From positions 1-25,991 of IMG/VR virus record IMGVR_UViG_3300044676_000369: a DNA stretch of 25,991 bases; one strand, given 5' to 3'. Position 1 is the first letter of the stretch. Each line of letters starts with the position of its first letter. Both the position numbers and the translations under genes were made by a program. Source of the DNA: a virus (taxonomy: Duplodnaviria > Caudoviricetes). Positions 9,865 through 18,081 of the stretch are shown here, piece by piece. The notes beneath the pieces are model-generated. The model ran no database searches and had not been told where the DNA came from. It saw only the letters and a list, made by a program, of their open reading frames with translations.

Positions 9865-10149
9865 CTAACTCATTGTAGTTACTTTTCTACGGTTGTTCAT
9901 AACTTTACCACAGCCTTTGGCTATAAAACCACCATTTTTCTTTTTGACTCTGCCATCTTTCCAGCTAATTGCTTTTGGCCCCTTTTTTTTATTTTTATTA
10001 TCATTGCATTGAGCTAGAGTTGGTCTGCAAGCTGGATATTTTTTTCTTTTTTCGCCTTTTTTTCTACCGCAAGGACCTTTTGTATTGCAGTCAATCCAGC
10101 CTTTACCATCATTTTTGTTGTACCAATCTCTTAAAGTTTCTTCAGCCAT
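9865..10149 (-). CDS. Small Lys/Cys-rich basic protein (DUF5872-like)
   Basis: LRDWY...GWIDC...PCGRKKGEKRKKYPACRPT motif; C-terminal KNGGFIAKGCGKVM...RRKVT tail. Confidence 0.7.
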   Translation of the reverse strand: MAEETLRDWYNKNDGKGWIDCNTKGPCGRKKGEKRKKYPACRPTLAQCNDNKNKKKGPKAISWKDGRVKKKNGGFIAKGCGKVMNNRRKVTTMS

Positions 10150-10385
10150 TATCCTAATTTAGTTTGTTTACGTTTGCCTGGAAGCATGTTGTTAAAGCCT
10201 CTGGCGTTAACAAAAGTTACTTCGCCTCCGCAAGCTTTTTTAACCTTACTTTTGTTGCCCCAGTTAGCTGCGCCAACTTTTCTGCACTTAACCAAAGCTC
10301 CGCTTGCATAAGCAGATGGCCAAACATCATATCTGGCCTTTACTTTATGGTAACAAGCGTCTTTTTTTGTTTTTGATTTAGCCAT
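10149..10385 (-). CDS. Small basic protein (DUF5872-like)
   Basis: KKDACYHKVKARYDVWPSAYASGALVKCRK motif; 1-nt overlap with the next gene. Confidence 0.75.
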   Translation of the reverse strand: MAKSKTKKDACYHKVKARYDVWPSAYASGALVKCRKVGAANWGNKSKVKKACGGEVTFVNARGFNNMLPGKRKQTKLG

Positions 10386-10658
10386 TTAACAATCCCAGTC
10401 TCTTCTAGCCCAGTAGTTAGCACTACATCTATCACTTTTTATTCCGCTACTTCTAGCGCAATATGATTTTTTTCTTGATGCGGTATCTTTGTGCATACCC
10501 ATTTTTTTATCTCCAAAGGTAATTCTTTTAACTCTACTGCTTTCGCTACTACAGTTTTTAACAAAAACTTCTTTTCGTTTTTTACCGTATCCAGGACTAC
10601 CTTTTGAAATAGCCCTGGGTTTGTTGAGAGTTACTGTTTTACCTTTGTATTCAGCCAT
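10386..10658 (-). CDS. Small basic protein (DUF6321-like)
   Basis: AEYKGKTVTLNKP...ITFGD...RKKSYCARS...SANYWARRDWDC motif. Confidence 0.75.
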   Translation of the reverse strand: MAEYKGKTVTLNKPRAISKGSPGYGKKRKEVFVKNCSSESSRVKRITFGDKKMGMHKDTASRKKSYCARSSGIKSDRCSANYWARRDWDC

Positions 10659-10666
10659 TATAAAAA

Positions 10667-11071
10667 TTAATCAAAATCTTTATAAACGGTAAGAACTATT
10701 ACATACGAATCGCCGTCAGAATGCCCAGTAGTAGTCAGCATAATATCGCCAGTTTTTCCACTGCCTGATGTATTTCTAATACCTCCAAACTCGGTAAAAT
10801 CTTCATCTGTTGTATAGTCTGCGTTTAGATCCCAACAGATTGTATCTGTAGTCGCATCCCATAAAAGTTTTACACTCATTCCAAAAGTAGAATATACAAT
10901 TTTTGCTAAACGTACGCCAGTACATGCTTGGCCTGTAGAGCTATCGCTTAAAGCGCTAACATCTATTTTTTTAACTGCTGCCTCGCCTGTACCATCGGAT
11001 GTATTCGTTAACTGAATAATAGCGACTCTATCGCTATCCATCAATGTTGTTGAGGTTACTGCGTCTGCCAT
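10667..11071 (-). CDS. Putative virion structural protein
   Basis: 134 aa, acidic and beta-rich (SDGTGEAAVKKIDVSAL...GKTGDI); AGGAG SD; second gene after the capsid gene. Confidence 0.7.
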   Translation of the reverse strand: MADAVTSTTLMDSDRVAIIQLTNTSDGTGEAAVKKIDVSALSDSSTGQACTGVRLAKIVYSTFGMSVKLLWDATTDTICWDLNADYTTDEDFTEFGGIRNTSGSGKTGDIMLTTTGHSDGDSYVIVLTVYKDFD

Positions 11072-11081
11072 AAATTACTCC

Positions 11082-11588
11082 TTACGCGTCAGCAAATGGA
11101 GTTACTACAGTTCCTGAAGCTATAACTATACCTTCTACTGCATATTTAGCTGAACCTATAGCAGTTACTTTTACAATAGTACCAGCTATGCCGCCTTTAG
11201 TTGTTCCATTCATAGTAATAACATCGTTAGATGCACCTGAAATAAATGTTTTACCTGCTGCATCACTTTTACCTAAGTACAAAGCTCCAACAAATTTATC
11301 AGTTCCATCAGTTTTAATATCTAAGTCTGTAGCTGCTGTTTCAATTACAAAAGTAAAAGTAGCACCTAAATTATTAGTTTGGTTAGGATCATCATTGCTT
11401 CCTGGAGCCGTAGCAACAATAGTTGGTAAAGTAAACTTACCATCTGCATCGTTACAAGTTAAAATTTTACCAGCGTGTGAGTTTACGCTTAGTGTTGTAT
11501 CTGCAGTCAAACTAACTACGTTAGCGTTACCTGCTGAAATAAATCCTGCTAGTGACTGGATAGGACCAGAGAATGTTGATTTTGCCAT
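11082..11588 (-). CDS. Putative head decoration / head fibre protein
   Basis: 168 aa starting MAKSTFSGPI and ending TPFADA, rich in T/G/A; AGGAGG SD at 11594-11599; first gene after the capsid gene. Confidence 0.65.
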   Translation of the reverse strand: MAKSTFSGPIQSLAGFISAGNANVVSLTADTTLSVNSHAGKILTCNDADGKFTLPTIVATAPGSNDDPNQTNNLGATFTFVIETAATDLDIKTDGTDKFVGALYLGKSDAAGKTFISGASNDVITMNGTTKGGIAGTIVKVTAIGSAKYAVEGIVIASGTVVTPFADA

Positions 11589-11608
11589 AATTTCCTCCTG
11601 GGAAATAA

Positions 11609-11669
11609 GTTCTATTGTCTCGGCTTGTCTGCTAGGTCAGTCGATAGAACAAGTTAATAAATCCTAGTT
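11609..11669 (-). ncRNA. Pseudoknot-forming structured RNA, probable Mu-gpT-DE (Mu-like gpT downstream element) motif
   Basis: Minus-strand order is CUAGG (11667-11663), GUUCUAU (11650-11644), CCUAG (11636-11632), AUAGAAC (11615-11609), giving two interleaved stems. It lies just 3' of a Mu gpT-like capsid gene, the context for which the motif was named. Confidence 0.65.
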
Positions 11670-11694
11670 CTTTGATTGTATATTAGTTTTAGTC

Positions 11695-11722
11695 AAAAAA
11701 AAAGGGAGCCGAAACTCCCTTT
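11695..11722 (-). terminator. Rho-independent terminator after the major capsid gene
   Basis: Minus strand AAAGGGAGU-UUCG-GCUCCC followed by a 9-U tract, about 16 nt past the capsid stop. Confidence 0.9.
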
Positions 11723-11738
11723 AGACAATCAATTAAGA

Positions 11739-12647
11739 TTATGCTCCTTGAGATGCGAACACAGCTCTCCAATTGGAGTAACCGAAGGAGTATCTTTCTC
11801 TAGCTTTGTAACGCATGTTACCAGTATCGAAATCACCTTCTAGTGATGTTTGCATAGGGCTTCTCTCAAAATGTTTGAATCCATCAGGACAATCTGTCTT
11901 TAGGAACCAAGCATCAGTATCTGTTAGATAGTTGTTAACAACATATCCTTCAGGGACCATACCCATATTTTTAATAGCATTAATGTCATTGTCAGAAGTT
12001 CCTACTCTGCCTGGGCTTTGTAGTAGTCTGTCAGCAACAAATTGTAATGCTGGTGGAACAATAAGCTTTCTTCCTTGTAGAGCAATTGTCAAATTTCTAT
12101 CGTCAACTAAAGTTGAGATATTAATAAGAGCATCTTCTAACGAAGTCTCGTTTAAGTCAGCATAAGCTGTTGGTCTGTTACTTGCAGTACCACCGCCACC
12201 TAAAGGGTGAGAGTTTGATACTAAAGCAACGCCATCGCCACCAGTATAACTGCTACTAAAAGCATTATTAAGAACAGAAGCTGCCTTAATTTGCTTTGTA
12301 TTAGCCATAGATCTTGCTAAAGCTTTTGTATATCTTGAGCCTAATCTATCGTATAAGTTATCTTCAACCGCTTCTTCAGTTAGAGAAAAAGCTAAAGCAA
12401 CTGTTTCGTGAGCATAACGTGCAGTAAAGCCTTCAGTAGCATTGTCATATTCGACAGCGTTACCTTCGCCTTTTACTGATGCGTTACCAAATCCCACGAT
12501 CATTACTTCTTCTTCAAAAGCTCTGTCTGATGACTCAGTTTCAAATATTTCAGTATGCTGATTATCATACCTAGCATATTCCATTCCGAACAAGGCGTTT
12601 AATCCTGGTTCTAATTCTTTCGCTAATTGCGCTCTATTTATAGCCAT
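11739..12647 (-). CDS. Major capsid protein (Mu gpT-like, HK97 fold)
   Basis: 302 aa with MAINRAQLAKELEPGLNALFG, ITEEA-like LTEEAVEDNLY, KLIVPPAL, YLTDTDAWFL and YKARERYSFG motifs; followed by a strong terminator. Confidence 0.9.
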   Translation of the reverse strand: MAINRAQLAKELEPGLNALFGMEYARYDNQHTEIFETESSDRAFEEEVMIVGFGNASVKGEGNAVEYDNATEGFTARYAHETVALAFSLTEEAVEDNLYDRLGSRYTKALARSMANTKQIKAASVLNNAFSSSYTGGDGVALVSNSHPLGGGGTASNRPTAYADLNETSLEDALINISTLVDDRNLTIALQGRKLIVPPALQFVADRLLQSPGRVGTSDNDINAIKNMGMVPEGYVVNNYLTDTDAWFLKTDCPDGFKHFERSPMQTSLEGDFDTGNMRYKARERYSFGYSNWRAVFASQGA

Positions 12648-12649
12648 TA

Positions 12650-13228
12650 TTATACTCCCGCAGCAGTTCTGTTAAAATGCTCGGCAATTCTGACGATAAA
12701 GTTAACATTGGTTGATAAAGACCCAGTTCCTAACGCATTGTTAGAAGGATCGTTTGATATACCCATGATTCTCAGTTGAGCTGTACCAGTAGCCATAGTG
12801 CCACTAATTTTAACTCCTGAAACGCCTGATATTGAAGAACCTGCAGCATAAACAATATCGCCATTCAAACCAACATCGGTTTGAGTAACGCTACCTGTAG
12901 CAGCTGATTGTACTTCAAATAAAGCATCTGGGTCGTCGACAACGGCTGCTTTGCAGTCGCTGGTTGCTGTCAATGTAGTCCAAACAGGAGAGAAAATTTT
13001 GTCTCCGCTTGAGTCTGTATAGTGACAGCCTTGAAAGACTCCTAGTAATAAATCGCCAGCAGCAGCAACGGCAATGCCGCCTGTGTTGACCATTTTTACT
13101 GGGTCGCCTGTATAAATAGTTCCAGTTGTACCTGTTAGAATGTCGTACTCTGTTGTTCCTGTAGAATTAACAGCCGAGCCTAACTTCCCAATAGGTTTTA
13201 AACCGAAAGGTGCATTTACATTCGCCAT
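12650..13228 (-). CDS. Putative capsid cement/decoration protein
   Basis: 192 aa (MANVNAPFGLKP...IYTGDPV...GVFQGC...DDPDALFEVQ), immediately upstream of the capsid gene. Confidence 0.6.
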   Translation of the reverse strand: MANVNAPFGLKPIGKLGSAVNSTGTTEYDILTGTTGTIYTGDPVKMVNTGGIAVAAAGDLLLGVFQGCHYTDSSGDKIFSPVWTTLTATSDCKAAVVDDPDALFEVQSAATGSVTQTDVGLNGDIVYAAGSSISGVSGVKISGTMATGTAQLRIMGISNDPSNNALGTGSLSTNVNFIVRIAEHFNRTAAGV

Positions 13229-13272
13229 AATATTTACCTTTTTTTAAAAAGTTTTATTTAAGTGAAATCAGA

Positions 13273-13752
13273 TTAATCTCTGTTTCCACCACCAAAAGTT
13301 ACGCTTGTAGATCTCTGAGGTTTTAACATCGGAGAACTAGGGTCAGATTCTTTCATTAAGTCATTATCAACTGCATCTTGTTGCAGTTTTGCACGATCGT
13401 TGAAATAGGCGTTTCTTTCGTCACGTGTTTCATTAGGAATCTTCGCCAACAGCAAACCACCCACGGCTACTACTCCAGCGTGCCTTCCATCGTCCATGCT
13501 CGGAAGTTCAAAATCTCCTATCTCTTCAGAACGTACGAGTTCAAAACCCTCACGCATCCTAGACATAACATTCTTTCTATCTTCTTCGCCGACGAGTTCG
13601 GCTCTTATCCACCTGTAGGTATATCCTTCAGGTGCTGGAGGCGTATCCAACATAGATGGGGGACGCCAAGGTTTGCGAGCAGTATCTTTAGCTCGAGTTT
13701 CTGCAGAACGCGGAGTTCTGTTGTTTTGTTCTATTTTATTCTCATCAGTCAT
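13273..13752 (-). CDS. Conserved head-module hypothetical protein
   Basis: 159 aa with WRPPSMLDTPPAPEGYTYRWIR and GGLLLAKIP motifs; between scaffold and capsid genes. Confidence 0.75.
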   Translation of the reverse strand: MTDENKIEQNNRTPRSAETRAKDTARKPWRPPSMLDTPPAPEGYTYRWIRAELVGEEDRKNVMSRMREGFELVRSEEIGDFELPSMDDGRHAGVVAVGGLLLAKIPNETRDERNAYFNDRAKLQQDAVDNDLMKESDPSSPMLKPQRSTSVTFGGGNRD

Positions 13753-13758
13753 AATAAT

Positions 13759-14679
13759 TTACCTTTTAATGTACTTAGCATATTCGCTAAGCGGCACATT
13801 TAAACGTTTTGCCATTTGAACTTCGCTTGCGCTAAGTTTGACTTGACGTTTGCGCCCAGAACTATCACTTCTTCCAGCTGGTGCAACATTCTGTTGCATT
13901 TTGCTATTAGACTTGACTTCATCACCTGTTGAGAATTTGTGAGGAAATTCAGTTCTGATACGTTTATCTATCTCATCATAATATGTTGAATCAGAAGTGT
14001 CAAAGCCCTCTTCTTCAATTAATTTACGATGAATGTTAAAAGCGGCTAAGGTCATTGTTTCATCTTCGCCAAACCACTCATTTTTACTAGCCCAACTTTC
14101 TGCTTCAGGATCTGGTTGAGCTTGTTGCTGAACTGGAGCCTGCTGCTGCATTGGAGCTTGGTAATTTTGATAAGTAGTTGGTTTTTCTACCTGTACTGGA
14201 GTAGTATTAGCCAACTTACTTTCTTCTACTGTTATCTTATCAAGAATACCCTGGGCCTTTGTTACCTTGTCCCAGTCTTGCTCTTGATAAGCATTTTTTA
14301 AAACTGCATTAGCTTGCGCTCTTTGAGAATTTAATCTGTTTTGAGCTTCAGATAAATAATTTTTATTTAACTCTGTACTGCTTTGTTTTAATTGTTGATT
14401 CTCTGCTTGTAATGACTGAGCATACTCATAAGCAGAATTAGCTGCTCTTTCTTGCTCTCTCATCTTTTTGGTAAGCGTAGCTATTCTTTTCTGAACGCCT
14501 TTAGAATAATCTTCTAACTCGTCTTCTTTCTTAACTTGCTTTTCTTTTTCAACAGAAACATCTTCAACAGAAGTCTGAGCTTCCTTATCTTCTGAAGATT
14601 CTTCTGTTTCTAGTTCAACAATTTGTCCGTCTTCTATAGGATCTTGTTGTATTTCTTCATTCATTTGTGGTTCTTGCAT
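13759..14679 (-). CDS. Putative capsid scaffolding protein
   Basis: Acidic N-terminus, long coiled coil (YSKGVQKRIATLT), WASKNEWFG motif, C-terminal helix (AKRLNVPLSEYAKY); position between portal and capsid genes. Confidence 0.7.
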   Translation of the reverse strand: MQEPQMNEEIQQDPIEDGQIVELETEESSEDKEAQTSVEDVSVEKEKQVKKEDELEDYSKGVQKRIATLTKKMREQERAANSAYEYAQSLQAENQQLKQSSTELNKNYLSEAQNRLNSQRAQANAVLKNAYQEQDWDKVTKAQGILDKITVEESKLANTTPVQVEKPTTYQNYQAPMQQQAPVQQQAQPDPEAESWASKNEWFGEDETMTLAAFNIHRKLIEEEGFDTSDSTYYDEIDKRIRTEFPHKFSTGDEVKSNSKMQQNVAPAGRSDSSGRKRQVKLSASEVQMAKRLNVPLSEYAKYIKR

Positions 14680-14693
14680 GAGTCCTCCTCACG

Positions 14694-15203
14694 TTATGCG
14701 CTGACAATGTCATCGGGATCATCAATGGTCGCAATAACTTCGTCATCGTTTATAATACGGCATTCTGCATCGTCGCCAAGTTTAAACCTGGCTCCTGCAT
14801 ATCTACCAATTAGCACCCAATCTCCCTTTTCACACCAAGGAGTATCTCCAAATTTGTTTTTGTCTGAATAGCACATAGGACCCATTTTAACAACGTAGGA
14901 CACTACGGTTGCTAAAGATTCTCTATCGACTGTTTCTTTAATTAATTGTATGCCGCCTTCGGTCACACCTTTGCCTTTATATGGCAATATAAGTATCCTC
15001 CACCCAGTAGGTTGAGGCATTCTTTCTAGAAATGATTTATCGAGTAAAGATGGATCTAATACTCTTTTTGAAGCTTCTGTATAAGCGTTTTCTACTTCTT
15101 TAACCGCTTCTGGTTTTTTTTCTTTTTCAATTTTTTCAGCTTTTTGTAGATTTTCTCTTTCTACTGCTTTTGCGACATGGTCAGGAACTATTACCTTGCT
15201 CAT
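14694..15203 (-). CDS. groES: Phage-encoded GroES-like co-chaperonin (Cpn10)
   Basis: PTGWRILI, TEGGI mobile-loop motif, VVKMGP, GDWVLIGRYAG and RIINDDEVIA; about 60-aa N-terminal extension. Confidence 0.85.
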   Translation of the reverse strand: MSKVIVPDHVAKAVERENLQKAEKIEKEKKPEAVKEVENAYTEASKRVLDPSLLDKSFLERMPQPTGWRILILPYKGKGVTEGGIQLIKETVDRESLATVVSYVVKMGPMCYSDKNKFGDTPWCEKGDWVLIGRYAGARFKLGDDAECRIINDDEVIATIDDPDDIVSA

Positions 15204-15390
15204 CGTTTTCTATCACCTTTTTTAGCAATTCTCTAAGTTCAGATTCTAGGTCGGCGAGAGAATTGTAGCGCCCACGTAGATAATGATACTCTTCAACATC
15301 TTTAGCCCCATTCATAATGGAGATTTGAATATCATCTTTTTTCTCACCAATTCTTTTTTTTAGCTGTTCAGACAGCCAAAGAATTGACAT
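15181..15390 (-). CDS. Small hypothetical helical protein
   Basis: 69 aa with an EEYHYLRGRYNSL motif; lies upstream of GroES and overlaps it. Confidence 0.7.
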   Translation of the reverse strand: MSILWLSEQLKKRIGEKKDDIQISIMNGAKDVEEYHYLRGRYNSLADLESELRELLKKVIENDEQGNSS

Positions 15391-15573
15391 TTAATATATA
15401 CCAGAAAACTTGCCGCCAAATTCAGCAGCGCCCATACCTCTAGCCTTCCCTTTACCCATTCCTGGAGTAGAGGAAGCTTTAGTTTTTTTAGGTGCTTCTG
15501 AAACAGCTTTAAATGGCACGGAACCCTTATTAGAGTAACCTTGTTTTCCTTTTAATACTTTTATATTTTTCAT
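15391..15573 (-). CDS. Small basic protein with C-terminal ARGMGAAxxGGKF motif
   Basis: 60 aa, Lys/Gly rich; packed between the portal and the next gene. Confidence 0.7.
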   Translation of the reverse strand: MKNIKVLKGKQGYSNKGSVPFKAVSEAPKKTKASSTPGMGKGKARGMGAAEFGGKFSGIY

Positions 15574-15582
15574 AAGTGTACT

Positions 15583-18081
15583 TTACAGTCCTTTTAGACC
15601 AATATCAATTAATTTAAGTTCTTTTTGTTGATCCATTCTGTCTCTAGTTGTATCGTCTTTTAGCTCTGCTATATCTTTTTGAGCCTGAATCCTTTCTACA
15701 TCAATTTTATCTTGACGTAACTTTTCTTCCATTCTCATCCTTTCTTTAGATTCAAACTGTTCTTGATCTTGAGACAACTCTTGACCCTTAAGTGCAAGTT
15801 CTTGTTTTCTTATAGTTACAAGCGGATCTTCTTCTGGTGGAGTTGATACTTGTTGAGAGAATTGTTGCATTAGTTCAGACATAATTGGCGAACTAAACTG
15901 AGCTAACATAGCCTGAGCTTGCTGCATAACTGGAGCTGCTTCTTGAGGGGGCATTTGTTGAGCTTGTTGTTGCATCTGTTGATACTGTTGCATAGCTTCT
16001 GGAGGCATTTGCTGTTGAGCAATTGCATCTGCTTTTAATTGTAAATGCTGCATGATATGTGAATGTATGTTTCCTTGTATCTGAGCATTCATCTGAACAG
16101 GAGCCATATTTAATAAAGACACGTGAGTAGCTATATGTGCATCATGGTCTTGCTCTGGAAATGCTTGAGCTGGTCCACCCATCATAAGTCCACTATTTTC
16201 CATACCAGACTCCATAGGTTTAGGAGTTGTATCTGGTGGTGGCATAAGTAATTGGTCTATATTATCTGCACCTAAAGCAGCATACATTCTTCTGTAAGCT
16301 TCATAAGTTCCACCAGGACCATGGATCTCTGGATTAGATTGAACTAACTGCATCATTTCTTGAGCCATAACTATTCTTTGGCTAGTAGAAAATATGTCTG
16401 GATTGCTTACTGGGAATATATCTACTCTATCATCAAAATCTTGTTGCTTAACTTGCATATTACCGCCTGATACTGCGTAAGGATAAACAGGAGGAAGACT
16501 ATCTTTAAAGATAGTAGCAAGTAATCTAAATTCTTTCTTTTGACCGTTATGTAATCTTTTATGAATAGCAGATAATACTTTGCTTGATTTTTCCATTAAA
16601 GCCAAAGTAGTTCCAACAGGAGCTTGAGAGTTACCTTCACCAATATTGGTATCTGCAATAGAAGCAAATCTTTGTCCAGATTGTACTAATAAACCTAACA
16701 AGTTAAGTAAAGTACCACTTGGTTCTTTAAATGGTAATGGCTGAATAGCATCTCTAAGTGAGCCTGCTGGCGCATCAACATCTCTAAACTCACCAGGTTG
16801 GATTGGAGTATCCTCATCTCTAATTCTTATACCTCTAGTTTTAAAACCAGCAGGTAAATTAGCTAGAGTACCAGCATCAATTAACTGTCTAACAATAGAT
16901 GTAGAAGCTTTGGATAAACCACCAATCATGTGTGTTAAACCAAACCCATAAAAACCTAGTCCAGGAAGAAACTTGAAGTGAACAAAGTATTCAGTCTTTT
17001 TCTTCATTGGATCTTCTTCTTTGAAGTTTCTTCTAATAGCTAAAATGTTTTCGCTGTTAGAGTCTATAGTTACAATATAAGGCAACTTAACCCCACTAGG
17101 CTCACCATCTTGACCCATATCTTCAAAACCTTCTAAGTCTAAATTGCAATGAACTTCATACAAAACAGATACCTCACCATCATCATAGCTTGGCTCCATA
17201 CCTTCTAACTTTTCTTTTTCTGATTGTATGTCTGAATTTAAAGTAACATTATCTCCAGACTCAACATCTACATTTTTGTAAAAGCCAATAGCTTGTAATT
17301 TTCTTACATCATTTTCTGGCATCTTAACAACATGAGTAATTCGCGAACAGGTTTCTAAGTCAGTTGTATAGTAAGGAACAATTAAATCTTCTGGAGCTAC
17401 AAATTTAGATACAGGTCTTCCTAGCGTTTCATCGTAGTAAACCTTCTTAAACGCAGAACCTGCAAGAGGTAGATAAAAAAGCATTTGGTCTAATTCTTCA
17501 TCATACTCTTCCATGACGTGAGTAATCTGATAATTCATAAACTCTTTAACTCTTTGAGCTTGCTCTTCAACCAAACCATCATAAGCACCTATCACTTGAG
17601 TCTTGACAGGGCCTCCAGCTGGTAATAATTCTTTATATGCTTGCGCTTGGAACTGAGTAACAGATTCTCCTAATAAGGGATGAATAACACCACTAGCTCC
17701 AGCAAAAGGCTCAGATCTATTATCGTCAAACTTCATACCTAAATACTTTAATCCATCTGTATAAGTATTTTCCCAATCTTGTCTAGATGATTTATCGCTT
17801 TCAATAGCTCCTACTAATTCTATATAGATAGTAGATAACTCTTGAGGTGATATAACTTCTGCTAAATTTTCTGCAAAACCTACATTTGGCATCATAGGCT
17901 CTTCTGGCCCTAATATAGCTGAGCCATCTGCTTGCATTTGAATATTATCTTCGCCTTCGCCCATAGCATCCAAGACTTCAATAATTTCTTCATCAATATC
18001 TTCAGTTGATCTTTCGTTTGTTAAATCTTGTACTGGTTCTGCAATTTGAGCTGGATCTGGTACTTGTCTTTCAATTGCCAT
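15583..18081 (-). CDS. Portal protein (P22-like) with Q/M-rich helical C-terminal extension
   Basis: 832 aa directly after TerL; motifs HPLLGESVTQFQA, LPLAGSAFKKVYYD, GFYGFGL, RQLIDAGTLANLP. Confidence 0.9.
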   Translation of the reverse strand: MAIERQVPDPAQIAEPVQDLTNERSTEDIDEEIIEVLDAMGEGEDNIQMQADGSAILGPEEPMMPNVGFAENLAEVISPQELSTIYIELVGAIESDKSSRQDWENTYTDGLKYLGMKFDDNRSEPFAGASGVIHPLLGESVTQFQAQAYKELLPAGGPVKTQVIGAYDGLVEEQAQRVKEFMNYQITHVMEEYDEELDQMLFYLPLAGSAFKKVYYDETLGRPVSKFVAPEDLIVPYYTTDLETCSRITHVVKMPENDVRKLQAIGFYKNVDVESGDNVTLNSDIQSEKEKLEGMEPSYDDGEVSVLYEVHCNLDLEGFEDMGQDGEPSGVKLPYIVTIDSNSENILAIRRNFKEEDPMKKKTEYFVHFKFLPGLGFYGFGLTHMIGGLSKASTSIVRQLIDAGTLANLPAGFKTRGIRIRDEDTPIQPGEFRDVDAPAGSLRDAIQPLPFKEPSGTLLNLLGLLVQSGQRFASIADTNIGEGNSQAPVGTTLALMEKSSKVLSAIHKRLHNGQKKEFRLLATIFKDSLPPVYPYAVSGGNMQVKQQDFDDRVDIFPVSNPDIFSTSQRIVMAQEMMQLVQSNPEIHGPGGTYEAYRRMYAALGADNIDQLLMPPPDTTPKPMESGMENSGLMMGGPAQAFPEQDHDAHIATHVSLLNMAPVQMNAQIQGNIHSHIMQHLQLKADAIAQQQMPPEAMQQYQQMQQQAQQMPPQEAAPVMQQAQAMLAQFSSPIMSELMQQFSQQVSTPPEEDPLVTIRKQELALKGQELSQDQEQFESKERMRMEEKLRQDKIDVERIQAQKDIAELKDDTTRDRMDQQKELKLIDIGLKGL

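Noticed and set aside
11609-11669. Hammerhead ribozyme (CUGA and GAGAC resemble core elements)
   Set aside because: The CUGANGA and GAAA consensus and the three-way junction are not met; the pairing is a pseudoknot.
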